From Felis catus (taxonomy: Eukaryota), in contig NC_058368.1 in NCBI RefSeq assembly GCF_018350175.1, positions 197,844,001 to 197,908,000 on the forward strand: a stretch of DNA of 64,000 nucleotides, given 5' to 3'. This document shows, piece after piece, positions 41,595-55,955 of the stretch (the first letter of the stretch is position 1; each line of letters opens with the position of its first letter). A program made the translations under genes and the position numbers. Below the pieces are notes generated by a model. It was not told where the DNA came from, ran no database searches, and saw only the letters and a program-made list of their open reading frames with translations.

Positions 41595-41616
41595 TTTTAA
41601 AGTTTTTAAAATTTAT

Positions 41617-41664
<48 letters not shown>

Positions 41665-41778
41665 TATCCCAAGAAGGCTCCACACTGTTAGTGGGGCTTG
41701 ATCTCATGAACCACAAGATTGTGACCTGAGCCGAAATCAAAAGTGAGATGCATAACCGACTAAGTCACCCAGGCACGC
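41595..41778 (-). mobile_element. CAN-SINE (SINEC) containing expanded (GA)20 microsatellite at 41620-41659
   Basis: Antisense SINEC body (gtgacctgagccgaaatc...aaccgactaagtcacccaggcac). The GA repeat is read directly. Confidence 0.88.
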
Positions 41779-41902
41779 TGAGATGTTTCCTTCAAAGGAG
41801 CATTTTGCAAAGTGTGGGCACATCTTAGGCGGTACACTGAAGTTACATTAATTAACAATGAATTATACAGTAAGAATCTCATATCCTTTCAAGGTGCTTT
41901 CT

Positions 41903-42117
41903 TTTTCTTTTAAAAAAAAATTCTCTTTAATGTTTATTTTTCAGACAGAGCACCAGTGGGGGAGGGGCAGAGAGAGCAGGAGACACAGAATCCGAAGCAG
42001 GCTCCAGGCTCTGAGCTATTAGCACAGAGCTCAACGTGGGGCTCAAACCCATGAACAATAAATCAGACACTTAACAATAAGTCAGACACGTAACCGACTG
42101 AACCACCCAGATGCCCC
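41903..42117 (-). mobile_element. CAN-SINE (SINEC) with local internal rearrangement
   Basis: TSD tcaaggtgctttctt at 41889-41903 and 42118-42132. Internal short duplication aacaataa...tcagacac appears twice. Confidence 0.92.
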
Positions 42118-42460
42118 TCAAGGTGCTTTCTTAACCCTGGTTAAGTTAAAAGTCAGAATCTGTGTCTGGTGTTATTTCTTTCACATCTTTTTTATGCTAG
42201 CTGTTGAAAGTACCATTTTAACAAAGATTGTAGTTCTATATTGGGTAACAAAACCTACTTACTTAAAGTTAGAAACCATTTTTTTTATATTCTTAATATA
42301 CTATTGATAGAGAGCAAGAGTTTTGTTTTTGAATAAATTTAAAAAATGGTTACCTCAATTTAAATAAAACAAAAGTAGAGGTAGACTTTTCATCTGTAGG
42401 AAACAGTTAAATGTGGCATAAACTGATGCAAAGAAAGATATGTTAAAAATATAAAAGTGT

Positions 42461-42688
42461 AGGGCGCCTGGGTGGCGCAGTCGGTTAAGCGTCCGACTTC
42501 AGCCAGGTCACGATCTCGAGGTCTGTGAGTTCGAGCCCCGCGTCGGGCTCTGGGCTGATGGCTCGGAGCCTGGAGCCTGTTTCCGATTCTGTGTCTCCCT
42601 CTCTCTCTGCCCCTCCCCCGTTCATGCTCTGTCTCTCTCTGTCCCAAAAATAAATAAACGTTGAAAAAAAAAATTAAAAAAAATATAT
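42461..42688 (+). mobile_element. Young felid SINE (SINEC_Fc-type)
   Basis: CpG-intact gggcgcctgggtggcgcagtcggttaagcgtccgacttcagccaggtcacg. TSD atataaaagtgt at 42449-42460 and 42689-42700. Confidence 0.97.
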
Positions 42689-43103
42689 ATATAAAAGTGT
42701 TACAAGTTCGGGACTCTTAAAAAGCTGATTTAAAATACTGATTTCTAAATAGCAAATACTATCATCAACTAACTGAAATTATTCCAAAATCATATAGGTT
42801 GAAATACATGGTTCCCAAGAGAGTTGCAGAAACCAGTGCATCAATGCTGACTTCTGTTGGACTCTCAGGCACTTCCAGAATGTTGACTGCTCTTCTGAGG
42901 TGAGACCACACCCTTTCAGAGTTTGCTGGATCTGGAGTGCAGCTCGACTGGTCAGCAGTTATATATAACACAAGATTACCAATAAGTGACACCCTGATGC
43001 TAATGTAAACAACTCCTTTGTATTTTAAATCAGGACAAGGCATAATCAAACTTCATACATACACTCCCCCAATTTTTGGAAAACCGGAAAAAACGTTATT
43101 CTA

Positions 43104-43232
<129 letters not shown>

Positions 43233-43654
43233 TTAAGGGAGAAAATGAACAAAAACAGTATTTTGTTTGACCACAGCACTTTTAGTAAAGTATTTATACA
43301 CACTTTTACACACTTCAGATGATAACTCTTTGGTTAAAAGTAAATCTAAGCTTGTCTTTCCATTCATATTAATATCTCAATATGAATTATGGCTACTAGT
43401 CATTTCCCAGAAAGAGATGAAAATGGATAGATACTGTCCTTCTGAAAAGACATTCTGACAGCATCAAAAAATTACTCCAAATTACTGAGGCGTTTGAGAA
43501 AGGATTTTCAGAAAACCAGAAGTTCATAAGGAAACCATTAAAGAAGGGATCCTGACATTTTCTAGCCAAGGTTTGAACCTCCAATATAACATACAGAACA
43601 AGACCAGCAAGCACTTCCTTAATGCCAACTGGGTTTTTTTCCCCATATTTTTGA

Positions 43655-44635
43655 AACTTGCAAATATAGAGCAAAAAAAGCACACAAATTATTAATGTAT
43701 ACAGCTCAATGAATTTTCTCAAGATTGACTTTCAACTTTTATGAATTAAAACCGTACAGTATGTACTGCTGTATTTGGTTTCTTTTACTGAACATTTTGC
43801 TTATGAGATTCATCCAGATTGTTGCATATAGCGGTAGTTTATTCATTCACATTGCTGTGTAATATTCTTTTGCATGAAGATGGCACATTTTAATCATCCA
43901 TGCTGTTGCTGATAGGCATGTGGGTTGTTCTCATTTGGAGGCTATTATGAACAGTGCTACTGTGAACAATTTTGGGTATGTCTCCTGATAATCATATGTA
44001 TGCACTTCTGTTGTATTTGACACCAGGAATGCGACTGTTGATATGCATATAATCAACTTTAGTAGATATTATCAAACAGTATTTCCAGTGATTATATCAG
44101 TTTATACTCACCAGCAGTGTATGGAACACTATTGTCTTTTTCATGTCAGTCATGCTTAGGCATAGTCATTTTAGTGTTTGTGTATCACACTGTAATTTTA
44201 TTTTTTGCATTTCCCTAATAGATTAATGACGTTTATTATTTTTTTCATGTTTATTGCCCATTTGGTTATCCCTTTTGTGAATTTTCTATTCAAGTTACAT
44301 CCCCATTTTCTGCCTTTTTCTCATTAATCTTCATATATTCTAGATACAAGTCCTCTATCTGGTATCTGTATCGCCAATAGATTCTCCCACTCGGTAGCCT
44401 GGCTTTTCACTCTCTTAATCGTGCCTTTGATGAATGGAAAAAATCTTAATTTTTAATATAGTACAGTTTACCAATTTTTTCTTCATGGTTAAGTGCTTTT
44501 TGGTATCCTGTTTAATAATAAATCTTTGTCTACCTAAGGTCAAAAAGATATTCTCCTACGTTTTCTTTTACAAACTTTTGGTTTTTCACATTTGGATCTA
44601 TGATTCATCTGGAATTAACTTTTGTGTGAGGTATG
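43655..44635 (-). mobile_element. Old L1 (L1M-type) fragment, about 1 kb
   Basis: T-rich antisense L1 motifs gtatacagctcaatgaatttt, tgagattcatccagattgttgcatatagc, gctattatgaacagtgct, ttgcatttccctaat and aatcttaatttttaatatag. Confidence 0.75.
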
Positions 44636-45239
44636 CTGACTCCTTAAGTGAAATATAAGGTAGAATCATTCTTAAACCCCCATTAGCAGAGAAAAGTCTG
44701 TTTCTCTCTCAGGATGTGGATACAAACTCTTAACTTTTGGCATCTCCCTCTAGGTCTTCTGATAAATGGTTTCACTGTGGTCTCCTTACCCCTGACTTTT
44801 TCCTGCTAGCTACAGCCATGCAGTAAAAATAATGCTGTTAATCTCGAGGGGGCCTGCTCCATCCCCTTTACACAATGTAATGAAGTCTACTTACGCCAGA
44901 CTAGACTGACAAAATGCCTAAAAATGTAGTGCTTACTCATATTTTAACAGTATTAAGAATGTCAATTTGTTACCAATGGTACTTAATAATTTTCCACTTG
45001 TATTTCGAATATACAAAGTTAGATTTTTAGTTGTCAACTATTAATTACCTAACTAGCTCAATTTCTTACTATTTTTAGTGCAGTGAGATGTTTAACGTGG
45101 AGCACATTCCATCACATATCATTATTTCAAAAACCATGAAAGGACCTAGAGAGTAAAATATATTTTTCTTTTCAAAGCCATCATCTGATGAACGGATCCA
45201 ATATCCAAGTGATACACATGAAACCCTTTTGTTTATTTT

Positions 45240-45468
45240 ATTTATTTATTTTTTTATTTTTTTTTCAACGTTGATTTATTTTTGGGACAGAGAGAGACAG
45301 AGCATGAACGGGGAAGGGGCAGAGAGAGAGGGAGACACAGAATCGGAAACAAGCTCCAGGCTCTGAGCCATCAGCCCAGAGCCCGACGCGGGGCTCGAAC
45401 TCACCGACCGCGAGATCGTGACCTGGCTGAAGTCGGACGCTTAACCGACTGCGCCACCCAGGCGCCCC
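45240..45468 (-). mobile_element. Young felid SINE (SINEC_Fc-type) inserted in the tail of an older SINE
   Basis: About 7 differences in about 205 nt versus the 42461 copy by manual comparison. TSD ttgtttatttt at 45229-45239 and 45469-45479. Confidence 0.97.
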
Positions 45469-45674
45469 TTGTTTATTTTTTTTTAAAGTTTATTTATTTA
45501 TTTTGAGACAGAGAAGGAGGGAGGGACAGAGAGAGGGAGAATGAGAATCCCAAGCAGGCTCTGCACTGCCAGCACAGAGCCCAACATGGGGCTCAATCCC
45601 ACAAACCATGAGATCATGACCTGAGCTGAAATCAAGGGTCGGACGCCCAACTGACTGAACCACCCAGAAGCCCC
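45469..45674 (-). mobile_element. Older CAN-SINE (SINEC)
   Basis: Antisense SINEC body (gagaatcccaagcaggctctgcactgccagcacagagcc...cacccagaagcccc). Confidence 0.93.
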
Positions 45675-46038
45675 AACATGAATGAAAGCATTTTATATAC
45701 CATCAAGTAATAGATAAATGTCAGACACTATCATTACTAATGACTGAGTCCTTTTGTAGACCTAAGGTATACAAGTCAAAAAACGTCTCTTATCACCAAT
45801 GGACACTTGAAATCCCTGTAAGTATCTCTCAGAAAAATTCCAAATACAACAGATGTGTGATTAACTAATACGTATTAACAAGCCAGAAAACATGCCTTAC
45901 CACTGTACTATTTATCCTGAGATGGTTGAACACAGCATTTAAAAAAAAAAAAAAAAAAAGACTGCTATCCCATGCTCATGGTTATTCTCCATTACACACC
46001 AGACAGAAAGGGCAATTACTAACAAGCATTTTCTTTTA

Positions 46039-46305
<267 letters not shown>

Positions 46306-47435
46306 TTAAAAATAAATTTTCAAACCAGCAGCTGAAATGAATTAACTTATGAATTCTATGTGTGAAACTGACAGCCAAGTAGTTGACTCTCTGTAACTTA
46401 TACTTATCAAAAATGAAAGTACGTATTAGCCTGTTAACCATATATTTATTCAGCATAAGGATTTCTCAGTAACACTGGAGAGACACTTAGTATTTTTTGT
46501 AAATCCCCTGAAGTCTCAATAGTTTTGAACTCAAAATAACTAAGGAGAGAAAGCCAAGTTGAAAATTTGATCCTTCACTCAAGTAAATAGCTGATCATAA
46601 ATACCTCTCTAGGTGACCAGTATTGTATTAGATGTTATGGAAGATCACAAGATATAGTCCAATCTATCAAAGAGCTTGTAAATGACATGGAGATGAAACC
46701 AACATGACTAATTATAAGGATAAAAAGGTGTAACATATCAACTACAAAAACAGGATCTGTTATACTATATGAAAAAGAAAAAATAAGAAGAAAAGGCAGG
46801 TGTATGGGAAAAGGCAGAAGTCGAAGGACGTACGCAGGTGGAAGGAAGTGTCTCCCTCAGGACAAGGAAACATAACACAGTGTAAAGGAAGACACTGAGG
46901 TGAAGGCTGGTATGGTTGCATAGGGGACAGGGAACAGGCAGGTCTGAAAATAAAAGAAGGTACATCTTGGAAAAGAGTCAAAAATAAAGATAACAAGAGG
47001 GGCCCTGGTTAGCACTTTAAAGCAAATACTTCCCACTTGATAATCTAGGGCAACAGAGTCACTGAAGGTTTCCGAACAGAAAAGCAGTACCAGACAAGCA
47101 GTGCTTTTTGCTTTACAGGAGATTAAGTCACAGTACTGTTTACAAGCAGGATAGTTAGGAGACAAGAAACAAAGAAATCAGATGGAGATCTATTAAAACA
47201 ATCCTACCGAAAGTAAAAAGAGCCTATAAAAATATGTAGAGACACTGTGCTTTTTTTTTTTTTGCTAAGGTAAAACACAAATCACGTCTACGGACTTTAA
47301 AACAAAAAGTACATTTATTTTCACAAGGTAAGTAAGTTATAAAACATAAACAGTAATAGCATAGTATAATTCCATTTACAAATGTGGCTATGGGGTTTCC
47401 TTTAGGGTACTTCCGGAATAGCATATGCACAATTA

Positions 47436-47630
<195 letters not shown>

Positions 47631-49381
47631 TCACTAAAAAACTGTATTCTGTTTGTATTCTGCCTGTGTAAAAGTGTAAGGTTCTGCTTTTCAAGTTGAC
47701 AATTTGTCCTTCATGGATATTTTTAACAAAACAAACTACCTAATTAAATTCTATCAAGTTTGGCTTATTTAAAACAGGCTCGTAAAGAACAATTTAAGCA
47801 AACCGTAAGTGTACTACTTTGTTCTACTTTCTTATTTCTTTAGAAAAGGCAAATGGGAAGATGAGATTTTAAAAGTATTTCCACATTTTATACACATGAA
47901 TCTTTCTCGTAAGTCTACAACTCTTCTGGGACTCACATACCCAAGAAACGTAAAATGCAAATAAGTTACTGAAAACAAAATTATGTGGAAGGAATACACA
48001 ACAGTATTCTTTGATGTCAATGCCCACCATCCCGCCAGTGAGAAAACTAAATGTCTCAGGACACAGGTGGGCTAGCTGGCTTCAAATATTGTGGTTTCTG
48101 GATGATATCCAGAGACAGACATTAAAGTTGTTTCTACCAATGAATGAGCCTTAAGGACTTGGAACTGTGTGGCAGGAGCCAGTCAGTATGACTCTGGGAA
48201 AGTGAGAAACCCATCAGTCATTTACTTTACTATTTCAAACTGATAAAGGTACTTTATGCTTCTGATCTGTAAGTGGCTTAACACTAGGAATCATACCTGC
48301 AAAAGACCCTGGCTGAAAGAAAGGGAGGTAAAGGGGCAGGAAAAGCCAAGACACATGAAAGAAGAAAGACAGGTAACTTGTAAGTTCTAAATGGAAGGAA
48401 GTGGATCAAGGAAACTGCCCAACAACTAAACCCTGCAGGCTCGTGAAAAGCTAAGGAAGTGACACAAGTCTTTGAGAGAAATCCGAGGACACGGTGAGAG
48501 AGCATTTAACAAGCAGTAGCTGGCAAAACCAGTTTAATACGACTTTGCATTCAAGTTGCTAGAAGCCCTGCTAGAGAAGGCAGAATCAAGAGTACGTGAA
48601 CGGTAGTTTCTGCGAAGGCTAAATTCCACAGGATGCTCCAGTATCAGGATTAGTCCTGCCATCCGGCCCTCCCCAAAAAGCAGTTACCTTTAGCCTGGAA
48701 CTACGCATATACACTGTATGGCAGCAGACAGGAAGTAAAATAGGGGATGAGACCGAAGGAAGAAAGGCAGAGGAAACGAAGTACAGACCGTGACTCAAGA
48801 TGCAGAATTTACAAAGGTATGTTTAACACCTACCAAGATGGTGGCAATTCTAATTAGGAATCTCAAAGTAGCAAGGGTGAGACAGATCTAGACTACACTG
48901 CGATATCCTGTGCCCAATCCACGTTTTGCCCCAGATCCATCCTATAAACAAAGGACAGTTACAGGTCCTCCCCTGAATGTGCATTAATTTACTGTACACA
49001 TTTGTATCACCATCACAGTGTTAAACTGCTGAATTAATCAAAAGAATTAATGCATTTCAACAAAATTTACCAACCACTTATATCTGCAATGAACAATGAC
49101 AGGAATTATGGAAAATATAAAGATATAAAAACAGTTTCTGACTTTACAGAGCCTATGTTATAAACTGCAGATATCACAGAATCTTTGTATCTAAAAATCC
49201 AATCCCAAACTAGGTATCTCAAGTGCCTAATCAGAAGCACTCCTTGATCTTGTAAATAAAAGGCTGCTAGAGAGCTTTCCTCTTATGCCATAATTGTGCA
49301 CATAAGTCCTATTTAAGACCTACTTCTGTTAAAAAAAAAATAATAATCATAGTAATTTTTTAAAAAATGGGGGAGGGGTGT

Positions 49382-49602
49382 GGGGATGCCTGGGTGGCTC
49401 AGTTGGTTAAGCCTCTGACTTTGGGTCAGGTCATGATCACACAGTTCATGAGTTCGAGCCCCCACACTGGGCTCCGGGCTGACAGCTCAGAGCCTGGAGC
49501 CTGCTTCAGGTTCTGTGTCTCCCTCTCTCTGCCTCTCCCCTGCTTGCGCGCGCACACACACACACTCTCTCTAAAGTAAGTAAACGTTAAAAAAAAAAAA
49601 AA
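49382..49602 (+). mobile_element. CAN-SINE (SINEC) with extra 5' sequence inside its TSD
   Basis: ggggatgcctgggtggctcag head and A-tail. aagacctacttct is duplicated at 49315-49327 and 49603-49615. Confidence 0.93.
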
Positions 49603-50493
49603 AAGACCTACTTCTTACCATCCCTGCTGCACTCCCTGCACCACCTCACCCAGTTTCAGAAATTTCCACTTCTTAAACCATGACCAATACTCAGAATAAT
49701 GCTTAGAGCAGAACAGATACTCAATAGGTGTATTTTTAAAAAAATATTTAATAATAAACATTAAAAGTCTAAGGTAACAGGAGTCCTCCCAAAATCCTTT
49801 CCATAATGTAAGCCAAAGGTAACAAATTTGGGGAAACATTTGCCCTTATAATTAGGTTGAAATTATTGTGATATAATTTCATCAACTATGTGGATGGAGG
49901 ATGCACACTATAATCACTGCAAATAAGGTGCCTTTGGAAAAAAAGCACCCTATTTCCCATTTCTCAGGGAAAAAGAGAAGTGGCAGAATTTTCCATTGGC
50001 TCTGGGTTGAACATAGGAGAATTTGTTCTAGAGCTGAGGTGTATAAAAAAGGAGCCTGTAGCTGCATGTAGCTATTTGACAAATGAACGTAAGATAAAAA
50101 TTCAATTTTTCTGTTTCACTAGCCATAGTGGGCACATGGGATAGTACAAACATAAGACATTTCCATCATCACAGGAAGCTGTATTGGAGAAATCTCTGAA
50201 GGGCTGAACTAGGACCGAAAGGGCAGGGAACAAGGGCAGGATTCTGGCTCATTGAATAAAACAAGACAAAAAACAAAACCTACCAACTTTCAAAACTGCT
50301 CAAACCATCTTCAAAAAGGGAACAGACTGGTTGTGAGGCAGTATTTCTCTCACTCCCCAGACCCACCTAGGGCTCTTTAATGGGAAATATAAATTTGTGT
50401 ACAAGCATTTCTCTGGCCATCATCAATCAACAGAGCCATTTCTAAAATTCTCATTAGTCCCTTTCAGTCACTATTCAATTATAGGACATTTCA

Positions 50494-50694
<201 letters not shown>

Positions 50695-50867
50695 CTAGAA
50701 AATAATGCCAAGCAAGCATAAGAAAGGCTATTAATTTAGCATCAAAAGCGTCTATTTCTGTATCATAATATACTAAGTATGCAATGGGACTTGAATTTCG
50801 TTATGGATGAAATCTGGATGTGAGGGAACATGTTCTTTCATTCTCTGATATATTATTTCATCAATCA

Positions 50868-51074
<207 letters not shown>

Positions 51075-53842
51075 TTAGAGGCAAGTTCACCTTTCTGTTC
51101 ATGAACATTTACTAGTCACTTCTAATTTTATCAAAAGTTAACCAAAGGTGTCATTTTAAAAATTTTGTAAGACTGACACTACAGCTGAACAAATGGTTAA
51201 ACAGAAAACATATTCCTTAAGCAAAAGAGGACATGTGTCAGAAACCCCACTTATCCTGAGTTAATATCTTACAGAGCTAAGGCTTTTTATCACTGCCTTG
51301 GTGGTGTTTAAGGCACAGAAATCTTCGACTAGGAACAACACACTTTTAACCTGGATAACTTGCACCTATTACTGGACTGGTGGCTGAGGAAGGACCACCT
51401 ACCTGATCAGCACCGCCCCCCCCCCCCCCCCCAACCCAAAGGTACTCTCTGGTCCAGAGAACCTCTAGGGCTCTGCAGAGCACACAACTAAAAAATGAGT
51501 AAGATGTGAGGAAGCTCCCAGTTCTAACCTAAATCCCAACAAACCAGGTTCTCTTGGTCTATCCATTTCCTAATAATTACTCTATCCTGTGTTTATCACT
51601 CCCTGGACATTTTGGAAAAATGACATTCTGAAAACTGAAAATGAATTGAAATTGAAATGACATTCTGAAAAATGAAAATTTCATTTCTGAAAAAGACAAA
51701 TGCAAGTTAGCTAAGAGTATCTAAGTGAACCAAACTGAAAGGATGCTGAGCTCACAGAAAGCTATTTATCTGGGAGGCTGACTGTGTTCCATCCACCAGA
51801 TGGGAACAGTAAGGCAGATTACTTCCACCACTGCAGGGGTTTTGGTATGGTAAGTAGGGAGACAGTCGATACTTCATTATCTGGGATGTTTTGTCTATAA
51901 TGGAGGTTGTCAGAGTCACATGTCTGCTCACTAATGACAGCTAAAATTATTAATTCTCAAGAACATAAATGAAGCCCCAAATCACTAAGTCTTACATGAG
52001 TTGTTCTACTTGCACAGGGCTGGTGCAGATGATTGTGTTAACTTTCGAATCACAAAAGTGAAGAGTTAAGAAGAGACTTCAAGGATCACTTGGTCTGATT
52101 ATAATAACAGCTCTTGCAAAGCAACCTTCACTAACTGAACCAATCAATGTGCTAACCATTCTATACTCTCTCACCTACTCTCACAACCCCCCAAAAAGGT
52201 AAATGCCCCACTTATGAATGTAAAAAATGAACTTGAAAGAATTGAAAAGCTACCATGTGGGAGAGCCAGAATTCAAAACCAGGTGTGACCACTGCCAATG
52301 CCCATCCTCTTTTGTCACATACTTACTACACATTGTCTCTCGTTAAAAAATCGGTAACCTTCTACCTTTACAGAGATGGACAATCCAAAGAACTTGCATA
52401 TGTAAACCATAAAAACCATGGTTATCGTTACTACATAGAAAATTGGGGCTTAAATTCTAGGTTTAAACTAATGCCAGGGTGGCATTAGTAAGCAAAGTTA
52501 AAGAGATCTTATTCTAGGCTACAGACTGTCTGCTTCAATCCTCTTTTACAGTCACTGCAGGAATGGGAAGCTTTGGGCTCACAGTTATTTATCACAGTCT
52601 GAAAGAAATCAGCAAAGATTCTCTTCTAATTTGATAAGGGACAGAGATGTTAATGCGAAGACTGCATCACACGGGACTCTGCTATCTCGCCTGATACAGT
52701 ACATTAATCCCATCGCCAGAATTCCTGCTGACCTAACCTCTGTTAAAGCAAATCTAACATAAGGAGTGACAGTCATTTTCACACTGCCCTCATTTTTTGT
52801 CTTTCCTGCTATAACTGATCACTCTTTGGAAAACAATGAGCTCTTTTCCCTCAGAATGGTTTCTTTGAAGTATTTGAGGACAACTGTGGTTTGCCTCCCA
52901 CTGAGCTAAGTTCTAGCCTTGGGTCTTTGCAACGTTCTTCACAAAAAGGTATATGCTGATAACTAGCTCTGGCCAGAGGATAAGAGCTACCAGTTGACTG
53001 ATGATCTTTTTGAAAGGATACAGCCCCCCAAAGTGTATAATATTCCCATATTGCAGAGATAGTCTGCCGTATTCTACTTCACTTCTGTCAAGGCTCCCCC
53101 ACCCCACCCTCATCACATCTTCAAAATATCAGAATTGGGATAATGCTAATAAAATGTGGTTCAACAAGACATTTAAAATTGCTACATAGCAGTAACTAAA
53201 AGACACTAATAAATGGATTGGTGTTAACTGAAAAGAAGCCTTGACTGGCCCTTAATTTTAATTCTTCCCTTTCAGATGTGCTCTACTTAACTAAAGTCAT
53301 CAACTTTCTTATCTGGTCTCTACCTGAGGTCTGTTTTGTGGTCAGGCCACTAACTCTGAAATCTTCACCCGTAAGGCGAATTATGCCTTGAGAATCTCTA
53401 AGACCTAGCATACTCTCAAGGGCTAAAGAAAGGAAAGCTCCAGAAGTGCAAATTTCTGTGGCCTGCTGGAGCAGCTTTACAAAAACTGATTACTATTTGT
53501 TTAACCAGAGGATGCCATTAAGGGGTATAGAAAAACTATGAGAACCTGCATCGTAGAACAACAGACATTTTGTCTAATATAACAGACATATATTGAATTA
53601 ACAGCTAAATAAGTATTCTCCAACCATATACTTGTGGAACAGGTTGATATAGCTCCTTAAGGAACTAAAACTGCAAAGCCTCAAGCAAAACACATTTTAT
53701 CAACCCAAACCAACCTAAGCAATTTAGATAAGATTCTGCCTCCCTACCTACGAGGTGATTTAGATTACCTATCTTAAGACAAATAATGTTTGATGGGAAT
53801 ATTATTAGTTTCTAGTAGGACTCCAAGGTACCTTACAGGCTA

Positions 53843-54037
<195 letters not shown>

Positions 54038-54788
54038 TCACCAACAGGTTACTTTTTTTCCTTCTCCAACCCCTCAAATAAGACTTTAGGAATATTTACA
54101 GGGTTTTAAGATTAACATGCACTTAAAGCTTTTCACTAAAAACAGAGGAGTCCGCAAATACTCAAGCATCCAAATAAAGTACTGAGATCCCTCCAAAGGG
54201 TGATTGCTAAAACTTGCCTTTCTCCTTTTAAGTCATCACAAACCAAGAAAATCTCAAGGAAAAAAAAAAAAAGAAGAAGAAGAAAAAAGATTTCAGTGCA
54301 TCTCCAGGCCTCACAATAAGGGAACATGAACAAGATCAGAGACAACTAATCAATATGAACATGGCCAATATAAGTTTATAGCTTTTACAGAATCCATTTC
54401 CTGTAGTAGCTAAAAAAAATTCCTCTATGCTCCCTCAACACCACCCAGAAACTACGATTTTCTCCATCAACAATATGTATACTAAGTTTACAGTATACCA
54501 TTTTTTTCCTATATCTTTTTACCTTTTAGATCACACTCTGATAAAAGTATTGCATAAGCATTAAATGAGAACACCTCATCTCAACTACAATTTCCTCTTT
54601 TCCAACTTCCCCTGCTATCTCTTCCTTCCTGAAACTTTTCAACTAACCTCTACTTTTGTTGTTTTCAGTAATAGCAATATGCATTTTGAAAGATCAAAAA
54701 ATTTCATCTTTCTCTCTTCCTGAACACCTCTCCATGCACACCTAGATGATGATGATGATTTTTTTTTTTTTTTTTTTTTAAGTAAAGT

Positions 54789-55160
54789 GGCGCCTGGGTG
54801 GCTCAGCTGGTTAAGTGTCCGATTCTTGATTTTAGTGCAGGTCATGATCTCATGGTTCATAGGTTTGAGCCCCATATCGGGCTCCGTGCTGGCCGTGGGG
54901 AACCTGCTTAGGATTCTCTCTCTCTCTCTCTCTGTCTGCCCCTACCCTGCTTGCTCTCTCTCTAAATTAATTAATTAATAAAAAAAAAAAAGGTAAAAAC
55001 AGAGGCTCAGTCAGTTTAGCTTCTCTTGGTTTCGGCTCAGGTCATGTAATGGGTTCATGTAATGGAGCCCCAAGCAGGTTCTGCTTGGGATTCTCTCTCT
55101 GCCCCTTCCCCCCTTCTCTCTCAAAATCAATAAGTAAAAATTATTGAAAATTTTTAAAAA
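54789..55160 (+). mobile_element. Two tandem CAN-SINEs (54789-54990 near full length; 55004-55160 degenerate)
   Basis: Two SINEC bodies, each with an A-rich tail. aaaaaggta(a/g)aaac recurs at about 54987 and 55156. Confidence 0.88.
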
Positions 55161-55736
55161 GGTAGAAACTACCCTTTATTGAGCTCACATTATGTCACAG
55201 ACACTGTACCGTAGTCACTGTTTCACGACTTTACAAAGTAGCTTGTTCTTCATTTGCCCTCTCCCAACCTTTTTCTTTCTTTCTCTGCTAGACTGGGTTC
55301 CCTATCACTCTGGCTAGCAGTTGATTTTGGCCAAAGTACATGATAGGCAAAGGCTTTCTGCTATCGCTAGTCGCCTAGTTGAACTCTTCACCCCTTATGA
55401 ACCTCTCTCAATCGTCCCTTCATTAAATGAGCTTCAAATTCTGAGGCTGAGTGTATGTACCCTGTTTCCTGTTAGAACTCCCACTGATACAGGAGGTGCT
55501 ATTTTACAAGTGGGAAAACAAACTCACAAAAGTTAACCTGCAAAAAGTCAACAGCTAGGAAAGAGGAAGGAAGAGCAGGGATGTCAACACAGTTGGGTTT
55601 GACTCTAATTCCTAAAAATTAAGCTAATTCTAAAAAAAAAGTCTAAGTGTGTCTGCTGAGTATTTCTCTGCTCCATTTTTTTTCCACCTCTGGACTCTCC
55701 CGCTTCCCTTTTAAACTCTTTAAAGAGAATAAAATC

Positions 55737-55955
55737 GGGGCGCCTGGGTGGCGCAGTCGGTTAAGCGTCCGACTTCAGCCAGGTCACGATCTCGCGGTCC
55801 AGGAGTTCGAGCCCCGCGTCAGGCTCTGGGCTGATGGCTCAGAGCCTGGAGCCTGTTTCCGATTCTGTGTCTCCCTCTCTCTCTGCCCCCCGCCCCCTTC
55901 ATGCTCTGTCTCTCTCTGTCCCAAAAATAAATAAACATTGAAAAAAAAATTTAAA
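55737..55955 (+). mobile_element. Young felid SINE (SINEC_Fc-type)
   Basis: Same diagnostic head as the 42461 and 45468 copies. Perfect TSD aaagagaataaaatc at 55722-55736 and 55956-55970. Confidence 0.97.

Noticed and set aside
51618..51690. Short imperfect repeats aaatgacattctgaaaa(c/a)tgaaaat
   Set aside because: A local AT-rich tandem duplication with only two full copies and no unique spacers; not an array or a functional repeat I can support.
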